This document shows, in pieces, positions 7,620 through 17,972 of a stretch of 53,920 nucleotides of DNA. Position numbers and translations under genes: made by a program. The notes beneath the pieces are model-generated. The model had not been told where the DNA came from. It did no database searches and saw only the letters and a program-made list of their open reading frames with translations. Source of the stretch: Thermoplasmatales archaeon SW_10_69_26 (lineage in GTDB: Archaea; Thermoplasmatota; SW-10-69-26); NCBI GenBank assembly GCA_003009755.1, contig PXUB01000047.1:1-53920 (forward strand). The letters are read 5' to 3'. The first letter of the stretch is position 1, and every line of letters starts with the position of its first letter.

Positions 7620-9284
7620 ATGAGCGACGACAGCCCCGAGCTCGGTTCGGCACGCGAAGCGTGGGAGGAAGCCTACGAACAGCAGGGCGAGCGCGATGCC
7701 CTGTTCGAGACCACGTCCGGGAAGGAGGTGCCGCCGCTTCGTGGGCCCACCGACCAGGAGGGCTTCGATCCCGACGGGAAGCTCTCTCAGCCGGGCGAGT
7801 ACCCGTTCACCCGCGGCCCCTACGAGACGATGTACCGCGGCCGGCTGTGGACGATGCGCCAGTTCGCCGGTTTCGGGACGCCCGAGGAGACCAACGAGCG
7901 CTACCACTACCTGCTCGAGAACGGCCAGACCGGGCTGTCGGTCGCCTTCGACATGCCGACCCTGTACGGGTACGACTCCGATTCCGAGTACGCGCTCGGC
8001 GAGGTCGGGAAGTGCGGGGTCGCCATCGACTCGCTGGCGGACATGGAGACGCTGTTCGAGGGCATCCCTCTCGACGAGGTCTCCACCTCGATGACGATCA
8101 ACGCGCCTGCTCCGATGCTGTGGGCGATGTACCTCGCCATCGCCGAGAAGCAGGACGTGCCCTTCGAGGAGCTGCGCGGCACGATCCAGAACGACATGCT
8201 GAAGGAGTTCATCGCGCAGAAGGAGTGGGTCATGGGCCCCGAGCCCTCGATGAAGGTCGTGACGGACACGATCGAGTACGCGGTCGAGAACACGCCGAAG
8301 TGGAACGTGCTCTCGATCTCGGGCTACCACATCCGCGAGGCCGGATCCACGGCCGCCCAGGAGCTGGCGTTCACGCTCGCCGACGGGATGGAGTACGCCC
8401 GCTGGGCCGCCGACCGCGGTCTCGAACCCGACGAGTTCCTGCCGCAGTTCAGCTTCTTCTTCAACGCGCACAACGACCTCTTCGAGGAGGTCGCCAAGTA
8501 CCGGGCGGCTCGCCGCATCTGGGCCGACTTCACGAGGAACGAGCTCGGCGCCGAGAACCCGCGCTCGTGGAAGCTCAAGTTCCACACCCAGACGGCCGGC
8601 TGCTCGTTGACCGCCCAACAGCCGCTAAACAACATCGTGCGGACGACGGTGCAAGCGCTGGCCGGCGTGCTGGGCGGGACCCAGAGCCTGCACACGAACA
8701 GCTACGACGAGGCGCTGGCGCTCCCCAGCGAGCAGGCGGCTCGGGTGGCGCTCCGCACACAGCAGATCATCGCGCACGAGTCCGGCGTCGCGAACACGAT
8801 CGACCCGCTGGGCGGCTCCTACTACGTCGAGTGGCTGACCGACGAGCTCGAGGAGGAGGCCCGCTCGTACTTCGACGAGATCGAGGCCCAGGGCGGCCTC
8901 ATCCCGGCCGTCGAGAAGGGCTTCTTCCAGCGCGAGATCGCCCAGGCCTCTCACACCTACCAGCAGCAGACCGACGAGGGCGACCGCAAGATCGTCGGCG
9001 TCAACGCCTTCACCGAGGGCAACGACGAGGACGACATCGAGGTCCTGCACATCGACGCCGAGCAGGCTCGCGAGCGCCAGAACAAGCGCATCGAGGAGGT
9101 CAAGGCCGACCGCGACGAGAAGGAGGTTACCGACGCCCTGCACGCGTTCGAGGCCGCCTGCAAGGAGGGCGAGAACCAGATGCCCTACATCCTCGATTGC
9201 GTGAAGGCCTACGCCACCGTCGGCGAGATGTGCGAGGTCTGGCGCCGCGTCTACGGCGAGTACCGCGAGGACGCGGTGATCTAG
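7620..9284 (+). CDS. B12-dependent acyl-CoA mutase large subunit, isobutyryl-CoA mutase-like
   Basis: PGEYPFTRG, WTMRQFAGFG, QNDMLKEFIAQKEW, SISGYHIREAG, TQSLHTNSYDEAL. No B12-binding domain in this ORF. Confidence 0.92.
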   Translation: MSDDSPELGSAREAWEEAYEQQGERDALFETTSGKEVPPLRGPTDQEGFDPDGKLSQPGEYPFTRGPYETMYRGRLWTMRQFAGFGTPEETNERYHYLLENGQTGLSVAFDMPTLYGYDSDSEYALGEVGKCGVAIDSLADMETLFEGIPLDEVSTSMTINAPAPMLWAMYLAIAEKQDVPFEELRGTIQNDMLKEFIAQKEWVMGPEPSMKVVTDTIEYAVENTPKWNVLSISGYHIREAGSTAAQELAFTLADGMEYARWAADRGLEPDEFLPQFSFFFNAHNDLFEEVAKYRAARRIWADFTRNELGAENPRSWKLKFHTQTAGCSLTAQQPLNNIVRTTVQALAGVLGGTQSLHTNSYDEALALPSEQAARVALRTQQIIAHESGVANTIDPLGGSYYVEWLTDELEEEARSYFDEIEAQGGLIPAVEKGFFQREIAQASHTYQQQTDEGDRKIVGVNAFTEGNDEDDIEVLHIDAEQARERQNKRIEEVKADRDEKEVTDALHAFEAACKEGENQMPYILDCVKAYATVGEMCEVWRRVYGEYREDAVI

Positions 9285-9375
9285 CGGGGTCGGTCGCCTC
9301 CCTCCTCCGCTCTCCGCGAGCCGAGGGCCCCGCCGGTGAGGGTTCTATGCAGTCCAGACGATCCCAGCCAGCGGC

Positions 9376-11185
9376 CTACGTCGCGCAGAGGTTGCCGAAG
9401 CCGTTGTCGACCAGCCACCCGCAGCTGCCGGGCTGCTCGATCGCGGTGGACAGACCCTCGGAGGCGGCGGTGTCGCTGCTGCTCTCGAGGGTTCGCTCAC
9501 CGGTGAGCAAGCCGCCCGAGCCCCACAGCAGCTGGCGGACGCGTTGGTCTTGCTCGAAGAACGTCTCGGCCAGGGGGCGCTCGGCGGGGGCCTGCCCGTT
9601 GGCGAGGCGGTCCCAGGCACGCTCGAGCGCGCCCTCGTTCACCACGCCGTAGCCCTGGTCGACGGGCGCGCTCGCTTGCGTGCTGGGCTCGGCACCGACC
9701 GCTGGCTGCGGGTCGGCCGGGCGGGCCTCGTGGAGCAGCTGCTCGCTGACCTCCTGGCGTTCGACCGTGAGCCCGTTGTCGTGGGACCGCTGCATGAGCT
9801 CGGCCCAATGCCCGATCGCGTTGGGCGTGGCCGCGCTCGTGCCGGAGTGCGAGTCGATGCCGGAGACGGAGGCGTGGTCGGCCGAGGGGACGGGCGTGGC
9901 GGCGATGGCGTCGACGGGGACGCAGTGCCACCAGGCGGGGTTCTCGCTGCCGGGCTCGGCGGCGCCGATGCGCGTCGCCGTGGGCGCCCCGGTGTAGCCG
10001 CTGGTGTACGTGGTGCAGTGGTCGGGGGCAAGGCCGGTCCCCGAGACGCCGTTGCCGGAGGCGACGTACACGGGCTTGCCGGCGTCGGTGGCCGTGTCGA
10101 TCGCCGTCTCGACGTCGGGGCCAAAGCCCAGCGGTTCGCTGGGGTAGGGCACGTTGGCGACGGTGCCGAGGCTGACCGTCATCGCGTCGATCCAGGGCTG
10201 TTGGGCAGCCCAGAAGAGGCCATCGTTGAACCCGCCGGCGGGCACCTCGACCGCGACCACGACGACGTCACCGTCGGCCTCGGCCAGGCTGGCGCCGGCG
10301 GCCAGCGCCGCGCTGCCGGTGCCGTGGCCGTCCTCGTCGAGGATGGCCCGGGTCCCGGCCTCGCCGCCCGTGGCGGCGTACTCGCCGAAGCTGATGCCGG
10401 CAGCTACGCGCGTCTGTGGGAAGGCGTACACGTGCTCGTCGAAGGTGTTGGCGTCCTGGTCGTAGCTGCTACGCTGCAGGCTGTTCCAGGTGTCGTTGTC
10501 GGCCTTCACCGCGGCGTCGTAGTCGTCGACGCCGAGGGAGAGGTCGACGGTCTGGGCATCGGAGGGGAACCCGTCGATCCACTGGCTGGGATGGTCGCCG
10601 AGGTTGGGGGCTGCGAAGACGTCGTGGTAGGGGTTGATGCCGGTGTCGACGACGGCGATCACGGTCTGCTCGTCGGCGGGATCGGCCGGGGTGACGTCGG
10701 CCAGCCCTCCGCCGGGTCCGCTCAGGGCGCCGCTGGTGGGGATCGGACGGGGGGCCGGCTCGCCGACGCCGAGGCTGAACAGGTAGGGGTGGCCGTCGAC
10801 GTAGGCGTACTCGAGGTAGTAGGTCCCGTCGCTGTCGGCCCTCGCGGTCAGGGTCGTCAGTTGGGTGTAGCCGACCGTGCAGCTGAACGCCAGCTCGGTC
10901 CCGTCGGCGGTCTTGATGTAGGCACACCCGAGGAGACCGTTGGCGCGGACCTCGATCGTGTCGCCGGCTTCGGCCTCGAAGGCGTAGTGGTCGCTCGTGT
11001 CGGTGGGGAAGCCCTCGAGCAGTCCGTCGTAGCTTTCCCCGGACGCGATCGTCACGTCGTCGGCCGGTTGCCCGGGGGCATCCCGACCGCTGCCGGCGTC
11101 GTCCTGGGGGGGCCAGGGCGCCCGCCGCCGTCCCAGCGATCGCAAGGAGACCTACCAAGCAGGCCGTCACCCATGCCCAGCGCAT
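9376..11185 (-). CDS. Secreted subtilisin-like (S8) peptidase with PPC-like domain, 1-nt frameshift after the signal peptide
   Basis: Catalytic VDTG, GHGT and SGTSAATP motifs. The signal peptide MRWAWVTACLVGLLAIAGTAAGALAP is in a different frame, joined at the G7 run 11106-11112. Confidence 0.82.
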
Positions 11186-11306
11186 GGATCTGCAGCCGTC
11201 CGCGAGTGGTTAAGGTTGTCCTGTCCTGGACCGGTCACCGGCAGGTCGGTTCAGGCGAGTCGCGAAGCGAAGCCTTGAGGGGTGGCCAGCGTGGCTTGGC
11301 TGGCAC

Positions 11307-11942
11307 ATGGCGGACGAACAAGGGACGAGCGGGAACGGGGCCTCGCGCCCGGACCCCCAACGGGGCGAGGAGGGGCAGGCCTCGCCTTCCCGGTGGGCTC
11401 GGCGCTGCGAGGAAGCCAACGAAGAGACGCTGGCGGCCGCGATCGAGCAACAGGCCAAGCTCCGGCGGCGGACCCACGCCCAGGCCGACGAGCTCGTGGA
11501 GCGAGCCCGGACCTCGATGCGGTGGATCCGCAGCCTGTCGCTGGCCACGTTCGTCGTCGGCATCGTCCTGCTCGGGACGGCTCTCTCGTTGGCGGTCTCC
11601 GGGGGCGAGGCCAGCTCGGTGCTGGGGTTGGGGGCCACGGGCACGGCCTCGATGTTGGGGGTTCTGTTCTACCGGCCGATGGAGAGGATGCAGGAGGCGA
11701 CCTCGGATCTGGCCCAGCAGGAGACCCTGCTGCGCACCTGGGCGATCGGGGTCGATCTCGAGCTGATGGCGGCCGACACCTTCGAACCCGCCACCGTCCG
11801 GCAGGCGGCCGGTCGGCTGCAGCGATCGGCGGTGAGGTTGAGCCGATCGCTGGAGGCCCACGTCGAGGACGACGTCTCCCGCGACGGGATGGGCCCTGAC
11901 ACCGACAACGAGAGCCAGGCGACGGACGATGGGAACGCCTGA
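11307..11942 (+). CDS. Hypothetical membrane protein (2 TM segments, helical flanks)
   Basis: Hydrophobic segments SLATFVVGIVLLGTALSLAV and VLGLGATGTASMLGVLFY. Confidence 0.65.
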   Translation: MADEQGTSGNGASRPDPQRGEEGQASPSRWARRCEEANEETLAAAIEQQAKLRRRTHAQADELVERARTSMRWIRSLSLATFVVGIVLLGTALSLAVSGGEASSVLGLGATGTASMLGVLFYRPMERMQEATSDLAQQETLLRTWAIGVDLELMAADTFEPATVRQAAGRLQRSAVRLSRSLEAHVEDDVSRDGMGPDTDNESQATDDGNA

Positions 11943-11957
11943 CGCTCGAGGGTCCCC

Positions 11958-12374
11958 TCAGCCCTCCGCGTCGAGGTAGGCGATCCAGTCGCCGGAGGGG
12001 ATCCGTGAGTTCGGCGGGGGCGTCTTGGTCCAGGCGTAGGTCCAGGCTTCATGGGTGGAGCCGTCGGCCACCTCGACCGGCAACCGGCGACGGTCGTAGG
12101 GGAGAGGGTCCCGGCCGCGGGCGCCCTCGTAGCGATCCAGGCGCCCTAGCCCCTCCGCTGGCTCGTGCACGAGCTCGTAGAGCTCCCCGTGCACCGGGCC
12201 CGGATCCTCTCCCGGGTGGATCAGGGCAGGGTAGGCGCCGAGGTCGTGGAGTTGACCGTGGACCCAGCCGTCGTCGATCGGGCGCGCGTGCTCGTCGAGG
12301 ATGGCACGGCCGGGGTTGGAGAAGCCCTCGCGGAGGGTCCCGTAGACGAACACGCGAGCGAGGTCGAGGGCCAC
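11958..12374 (-). CDS. Gamma-glutamylcyclotransferase (AIG2-like) family protein
   Basis: VFVYGTL, LGAYPAL, VHGELY, LDRYEG, IPSGDW. Confidence 0.88.
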   Translation of the reverse strand: MALDLARVFVYGTLREGFSNPGRAILDEHARPIDDGWVHGQLHDLGAYPALIHPGEDPGPVHGELYELVHEPAEGLGRLDRYEGARGRDPLPYDRRRLPVEVADGSTHEAWTYAWTKTPPPNSRIPSGDWIAYLDAEG

Positions 12375-12387
12375 GGTCCCAGCGGGC

Positions 12388-12849
12388 TCAGTCCTCGGTC
12401 GCCTCGACCTCGCCCTCGTCGACGACGACCTGGTCGATGTCCGTGTGGCGGCTGACGAGCTCGCCACAGAGCTTCACGTTGCGGCCGGCCTTCCCGATCG
12501 CCCGGCCCTTGTCCTTGGGAGCGACCTTGACGCGCGCGACGAGCGTGCCATCGCGGCGCTCCTGCATCTCGACGCCCTGCGTGTCGTGCGGGCGGAAGTA
12601 GTTGAGGACGAGCTCCTTGGGGTCCTCGCTGAACGCGACGACGTCGATCGTCATCCCCATCTTGTCGCGGATGTTCTGCAGGCGGGAGCCGCCCTTGCCG
12701 ACGGCCTTGCCGACCTGGTCGTCGGGGATGAGCACGACGAGGCGCTCGTCCTCCTCGGACTCGACCAGGTCGATCACGTCGACGCCGGAGAGCTCCTCGA
12801 ACGTCGAGAAGAGCTCCATGGACCGGCGGTCGATCTTGCGCTCGGTCAT
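12388..12849 (-). CDS. nusA: Archaeal NusA (KH domains)
   Basis: GKAVGKGG and GRAIGKAGRNV KH motifs, and position in the rpo operon. Confidence 0.94.
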   Translation of the reverse strand: MTERKIDRRSMELFSTFEELSGVDVIDLVESEEDERLVVLIPDDQVGKAVGKGGSRLQNIRDKMGMTIDVVAFSEDPKELVLNYFRPHDTQGVEMQERRDGTLVARVKVAPKDKGRAIGKAGRNVKLCGELVSRHTDIDQVVVDEGEVEATED

Positions 12850-13154
12850 GCCGATCGCTTCGCGGCCTCGAGGATGTCGGATTCCCCGGGGTCGAGGATG
12901 GCGGCGGCGGACACGGAGAACGGTTCCCCCAGCGCCGGACCGAGTTCGACGTTGGTCCCCGGGAACTCGACAATGGGGACGCGGTGCTCGTCGGCGGCTT
13001 CCAGCACGCCCTCGCGGTGCTTGTCCGGCATGTTGCGGGCGAGGATGACCGCCTCGGCCTCCTCGTCGCTGACCGCGTCGCTGGTTTCCTTGTATCCGAA
13101 CTGCACGCTACCGGTCTTGGCTGCGGTCCGTAGGGCTCGCGAGATGTCGACCAT
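12846..13154 (-). CDS. rpl30e: 50S ribosomal protein L30e
   Basis: KTGSVQFGYKET...GTNVELGPALGEPFSVSAAAILDPGESDIL, located between rpoA2 and nusA. Confidence 0.95.
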   Translation of the reverse strand: MVDISRALRTAAKTGSVQFGYKETSDAVSDEEAEAVILARNMPDKHREGVLEAADEHRVPIVEFPGTNVELGPALGEPFSVSAAAILDPGESDILEAAKRSA

Positions 13155-13160
13155 CGTTGA

Positions 13161-15188
13161 TCACTCCTCCTCGACAGGGGTTGCCTCGGCGGGCTCGCCG
13201 GCTTCCTCTTCGTCGGCGGGCGGGGCCTGTTCACCGTCGGCCGCTTCGCCCTCTTCCTCGTCTTCGCGTTCGGCCAGCTCGTCCTCGCTGGCCATGTGCT
13301 CGGGCAGCTCCGGCATCTCGAAGTCCGGGAGCTCGGCGTCCTTGAACGCGTCGGTGTTGGCGGAGAGCTCGACGGCGCCGGTGCCGAGGCGGACCGGCTG
13401 GCCGACGATCACGTTCTCGGCGACGCCCTTGAGGGGGTCGCGTTCGCCGATGACGGCCGCTTCGAGCAGGTGGTTCACCGTGATCTCGAAGGCGGCGCGC
13501 GCGAGCACGGACGGCTTCTCGCCGCTGATGCCGTGGCGGCCGATCGGGCGGATCGTGCCGTCGGCGGTCATCACGTCGGCGACCAGCATCAGGTGGCGCT
13601 GGTCGACGTTGAGGCCCTGTTCTTCGAGGGTCTTGTTCGCCTCGCGGATGATCCCGCGGCGGGCGGCCTCGATGCCCAGGACCTCGTTGATCTCTCGGAA
13701 GTTGTTCGTGGTGGTCCGGGAGGTGTCGACACCGTCCACGGCCATCACGGCGGCGAGGTTGGATCCCTCGGTGTAGATGACCCACTCGTCGCCGGCCTTG
13801 CGGATGATCACGCGCTCGATGTCGCTGATGCCCTTGATCTTGAGGTTGCGGACCTCCTCGCTGACCGACAAAAGCTGCCGGTAGGAGGATTCCTCGGGCG
13901 TGAGGACGTAGGTGTCGCCCTCCTGGTCGATGTCGATGTCCTTGACACCGACGAGCTCGTCCTCGATCTCCTCGACCTCGATGAACTTGCGGTCGAGGTG
14001 GCGGGGGACCGGGCGGACGTTGACGGTCCCGGTCCCGAGATCGATGTCGACGTCGGCGACGTCCTTGAGCAGGGTCGTCTCGATCCGGGTGCCGACCTCG
14101 CGGACGGCGTCCTCGTCGTCGGGGACGTCCTCGTCGATGTAGACCTCCATCATCGGCGTCGACGGCGTGCGGCGGGCGTCCACGATCTCGATGAACCGCG
14201 GCAGGCCCTGCGTCACGTCGATCTCGGCGACGCCGGCGTAGTGGAAGGTGTTCATCGTCATCTGCGTGCCCGGCTCACCGATGCTTTGCGCGGACACGAT
14301 GCCGGCGGCCTCGGTGGAGTCGATGCGGTTGGCGTGGTACTCCTCCTCGGCGCGGCGCAGGATCTCCTCGAGCTCCTCGCGGGTGCCGTCGGTGTCCTGC
14401 CAGTGGACCGCGATGTCGGAGATGACGCTGGCGGGCAGGTCGACGCTTTCCATCTCGTCCATGACCTCGGCGATCTCGTCCTCGAGATCGGAGGTTTCCC
14501 GGACGGGGTACATCTCCTCGGACTCGGCGACCTCGATCATGCGGTCGCTGGGCGACAACGGCTCGTCGCCGACCTCCTGCTTGATGTTGTCGGCCAGACG
14601 GGAGTGGATGCCCTCGATGAGCGCGAGCTCGGCGGTGGTGGCGCGCCGCAGATCGTAGCGGGTTCGATAGCCGGCGTCCCAGATGTTCTGGGACTTCTTC
14701 ACGCCGACGCCGTCGAACTCCTGGAACGTCTTGAGGGCCTCCTCCTCGTTGATAACCTGGTCCTTGATGCGCTCGGCCAGGGCCTCGCCGACGTCGGGGA
14801 CGGCGGCCAGCTCCTGGTAGCGCACGCGCTTGAGGTCGTCGCGGGAGGTGATGCCGGCCTCGTTCAGGGATTCGGCGGCCTCGGGCGTCATGCCCTGCAG
14901 CTCCATCATGTCCGCCAGGGTGTCCGGCACGGACTTGACGGCCTGCAGCTCGTCGAGGCCGTCCTTGATCGATTCGGCCAGCTTGGGGCCGATGCCCTCG
15001 GCTTCGGCGATGTCGTCGGCCGTGGCGTCGCTGAGGTCCTCCAGGGATCCGAACCCGGCTTCCCACAGCGCCTCGGCCTTGAGCTCGCCGATGCCCGGCA
15101 GCTCCTCGAACGCGGAGACGGCGTCCTCGCGGGTGATCTCCTCGTCGGGTTCCTCCGGCTCCTCGGTCTCGTTCTCGTCTTCGGCCAT
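13161..15188 (-). CDS. rpoA2: RNA polymerase subunit A'' (Rpo1C) with N-terminal triple (HhH)2 extension
   Basis: [50 protein letters not shown]. The first ~210 aa are HhH repeats. Confidence 0.96.
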   Translation of the reverse strand: MAEDENETEEPEEPDEEITREDAVSAFEELPGIGELKAEALWEAGFGSLEDLSDATADDIAEAEGIGPKLAESIKDGLDELQAVKSVPDTLADMMELQGMTPEAAESLNEAGITSRDDLKRVRYQELAAVPDVGEALAERIKDQVINEEEALKTFQEFDGVGVKKSQNIWDAGYRTRYDLRRATTAELALIEGIHSRLADNIKQEVGDEPLSPSDRMIEVAESEEMYPVRETSDLEDEIAEVMDEMESVDLPASVISDIAVHWQDTDGTREELEEILRRAEEEYHANRIDSTEAAGIVSAQSIGEPGTQMTMNTFHYAGVAEIDVTQGLPRFIEIVDARRTPSTPMMEVYIDEDVPDDEDAVREVGTRIETTLLKDVADVDIDLGTGTVNVRPVPRHLDRKFIEVEEIEDELVGVKDIDIDQEGDTYVLTPEESSYRQLLSVSEEVRNLKIKGISDIERVIIRKAGDEWVIYTEGSNLAAVMAVDGVDTSRTTTNNFREINEVLGIEAARRGIIREANKTLEEQGLNVDQRHLMLVADVMTADGTIRPIGRHGISGEKPSVLARAAFEITVNHLLEAAVIGERDPLKGVAENVIVGQPVRLGTGAVELSANTDAFKDAELPDFEMPELPEHMASEDELAEREDEEEGEAADGEQAPPADEEEAGEPAEATPVEEE

Positions 15189-17972
15189 CTACTCGGCCCC
15201 CTCGAAGTCGTCGGGGTTCTGGATGTCCATCTCGTCCTGCAGCGAGCGCATGAGCTCGGCATCCTGGCTGTCGTAGGCGTCCTCGTCGACCTGTTCGACG
15301 GGTTCGTCCTCGGCGGTCTCGCCGACGACATCGGACACGATCTGGGTGACGTTCACCGGTTTGCCACGGTGGCTCTTCGTCGGGTCGATGCCGTCCTCGC
15401 CGTACATGAACTGGATGACGGTGCCGACCGTGTTGCGGACCGTGCCGTCGTACTCGACGCGCAGGTCCTCGAGCGCGTTGATCAGCCGGCGCTGCATGTA
15501 TCCGCTGCGGGCTGTACGCACGGCCGTGTCGACCAGGCCCTCGCGTCCACCCATCGAGTGGAAGAAGAACTCGGTCGGGGACAGGCCGTCCTTGTAGGAT
15601 GACTCGACGAAGCCCTTGGCGTCGGCCCCCAGGTCGCCGCGTTCGAAGTGCGACAGGGTGCGGTCCTCGTACCCGCGCGTGATGCGCTCTCCGCGCACGG
15701 CTTGCTGGCCGACGACGCCGGCCATCTGGGAGAGGTTGAGCATCGAACCGCGGGCACCGGACCGGGCCATGATGACGCTGGGATTCTCCATGCCGAGGTG
15801 CTCCCCGGCGATCTTCCCGGCTTGGTCGCGGGCTTCGCCCAGCTCCTGCATGATCTTGAGCTCGAGCGTCTCCTCGAGCCCTCGGCCCGGCATCTGCTCG
15901 AGTTCGCCCTCCTCGAACTGGCGGATGAGGTCCTCGACGTTGTCGCGGGCCTCCTGGACGTTGTCGTCGATCTGTTGCTGGGCTTGGGCCGGGATGTCCT
16001 CGTCGTCGATCGCCGTCGAGAAGCCGTCGTGCATGATGGCGCCCAGCACGAGCCGCGTCATGCGGTCGATGAACTCGCGCGTGAACGAGGCGCCGTGGCG
16101 GCGGATGATGCGGTTGATGAACTCGCCCTGGAAGGCGCCGATCGACTTCTCGTCGATGGTGCCGGCGACCAGCTCGCCGTCCTCGACGACGACGTAGCCG
16201 TCGAACTCGCAGCCTTCGCCGGTCTCGGGGTCCCACGGGTCGCAATCCTTGTGCGGGCAGATCTCCGAGCGGTACTTCAGGTTCAGATCGGACGGGAGCA
16301 GCAGGCTGAAGATCTGCTTGCCCGTGAAGTACTCGGTCCCGTCCTCGACCTTGTCCGGTTCGGGCAGCTCGGACTGGAAGCGGGCCCGGGACAGGATGTC
16401 CAGGGCCTCCTTCTTGGCGTAGTGCTTGTGCTTGTGGGTGAGCACGAAGCCGCCGGACACCTCGTCGTGGATGCCGCCCACGATCGGGCCACCGAAGCGG
16501 GGGGACAGGATGTGCTCCTGCACGCGCATCAGGATCTTGGCCTCGGCGCGGGCCTCCTCGCTTTGCAGCACGTGGAGGTTCATCTCGTCGCCGTCGAAGT
16601 CCGCGTTGTACGGCGGGCACACGGAGAGGTTGATGCGGAACGTCTTGGCGGGCATCACGCGCACCTCGTGCGCCATGATGCTCATCCGGTGCAGCGAGGG
16701 CTGCCGGTTGAACAGCACGATGTCGCCGTCGACGAGGTGTCGTTCGATCGTGTACCCGGGTTCCAGACGCAGCGCGAGGTTCTCGGCGTTGAGCTCGGTG
16801 ACCTTCAGGCGTCGACCGTCGGGCCGGACGACGTAGTTGGCACCAGGATGCTCCTTGGGGCCGTTCTTCACGAACTCTCGCGCCACGTCGATGTTGTACG
16901 GGGTGACGTTGAGCGGGACCGTGAGCTCGAGCGCGCTGGCCTCGGGCACGCCGACGTCGTTGATCGAGATGTTCGGGTCCGGCGAGATCACGGTCCGAGC
17001 CGAGAAGTTGACGCGCTTCCCGGAGAGGTTCTGCCGGAAACGGCCCTCCTTGCCTTTCAGGCGCTGGCTCAGGGTCTTGAGCGGGCGCCCGGAGCGGTGG
17101 CGAGCCGGCGGGATGCCGCTGGACTCGTTGTCGATGCAGGTCGTGATGTGGTACTGCAAAAGCTCCCAGAGGTCCTCGACGATGAGCTGGGGAGCACCGG
17201 CGTCGCGGTTCTCCTGCAGGCGCTGGTTGATGCGGAGAACGTCCACGAGCTTGTGCGTGAGGTCGTCCTCGGAGCGTTCGCCGCTCTCCAGCGTGATCGA
17301 GGGCCGCATCGTTACCGGCGGCACCGGCATCACGGTGAGGACCATCCACTCGGGCTTGGCGACGTCCGGGTTGAGGCCCAGCAGCTCGGCCTCCTCGGGG
17401 CGGACACGCTCGAGCCACTCGCGGATGTCGACCGGCGTGAGCTTGTGGCCCTCCTCGCGGTAGGTGCTCGGCTTGTCGAACTCGACCTTCTTCTGGATCT
17501 CACCGCAGTGAACGCACTCGTGACCCGACTTGCCACGGGTCTCCTTCTTGATCGTCTTCTTGATGAGCTCCCAGACGTCGCGGTTCTGGGTGCGCCACTC
17601 CTCCATCGTGGCGTGGTAGTCCTCGATCTCGGAGTCGGTCGCCAGCATGCGGCCGCAGTTGCGGCAGGTGGACCGCAGGATGTTGCGGATCATCCAGTTG
17701 TAGCCGACGTGGATGACGGGCATGGCCAGGTCGATGTGGCCGAAGTGGCCCGGGCAATCGCCCACGGTGTTGCCGCAGGTCTTGCAGCGCAGGCCGGGTT
17801 CGATGACGCCCAGGCGGGGGTCCATGAGCCCCATCTCGATCGGGAACCCGTCGTCGTCGTAGGTGTCGGCCGTGATGATCTTCGTCGCCGACATCGAGCG
17901 GATCTCCTGGGGGCCCAGGAGGCCGAACTGGATGTCGCCGATCTTCTTGGGGGTGCTTGCGACGTTCCTCAT
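15189..17972 (-). CDS. rpoA1: RNA polymerase subunit A' (Rpo1N)
   Basis: Catalytic [10 protein letters not shown], zinc site [30 protein letters not shown]. Confidence 0.99.
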   Translation of the reverse strand: MRNVASTPKKIGDIQFGLLGPQEIRSMSATKIITADTYDDDGFPIEMGLMDPRLGVIEPGLRCKTCGNTVGDCPGHFGHIDLAMPVIHVGYNWMIRNILRSTCRNCGRMLATDSEIEDYHATMEEWRTQNRDVWELIKKTIKKETRGKSGHECVHCGEIQKKVEFDKPSTYREEGHKLTPVDIREWLERVRPEEAELLGLNPDVAKPEWMVLTVMPVPPVTMRPSITLESGERSEDDLTHKLVDVLRINQRLQENRDAGAPQLIVEDLWELLQYHITTCIDNESSGIPPARHRSGRPLKTLSQRLKGKEGRFRQNLSGKRVNFSARTVISPDPNISINDVGVPEASALELTVPLNVTPYNIDVAREFVKNGPKEHPGANYVVRPDGRRLKVTELNAENLALRLEPGYTIERHLVDGDIVLFNRQPSLHRMSIMAHEVRVMPAKTFRINLSVCPPYNADFDGDEMNLHVLQSEEARAEAKILMRVQEHILSPRFGGPIVGGIHDEVSGGFVLTHKHKHYAKKEALDILSRARFQSELPEPDKVEDGTEYFTGKQIFSLLLPSDLNLKYRSEICPHKDCDPWDPETGEGCEFDGYVVVEDGELVAGTIDEKSIGAFQGEFINRIIRRHGASFTREFIDRMTRLVLGAIMHDGFSTAIDDEDIPAQAQQQIDDNVQEARDNVEDLIRQFEEGELEQMPGRGLEETLELKIMQELGEARDQAGKIAGEHLGMENPSVIMARSGARGSMLNLSQMAGVVGQQAVRGERITRGYEDRTLSHFERGDLGADAKGFVESSYKDGLSPTEFFFHSMGGREGLVDTAVRTARSGYMQRRLINALEDLRVEYDGTVRNTVGTVIQFMYGEDGIDPTKSHRGKPVNVTQIVSDVVGETAEDEPVEQVDEDAYDSQDAELMRSLQDEMDIQNPDDFEGAE

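Noticed and set aside
5363-9652. 1429-aa plus-strand ORF and similar long ORFs (9544-11766, 13296-15602, 14275-17418, 15648-18047, 38037-40541)
   Set aside because: Shadow frames of real genes in high-GC DNA: Arg/Gly/Pro-rich with no motifs, except the short VOC C-terminus at the end of 38037-40541.
11253-11276. Hairpin AGGC-GAG-TCGC-GAA-GCGA-A-GCCT as another REP-family copy
   Set aside because: It lacks the GYACG/CGTRC core and is too short to support.
11307-11942. 2-TM defence effector (SLATT or TRADD-N-associated type)
   Set aside because: Only the topology fits, and there are no neighbouring defence genes.
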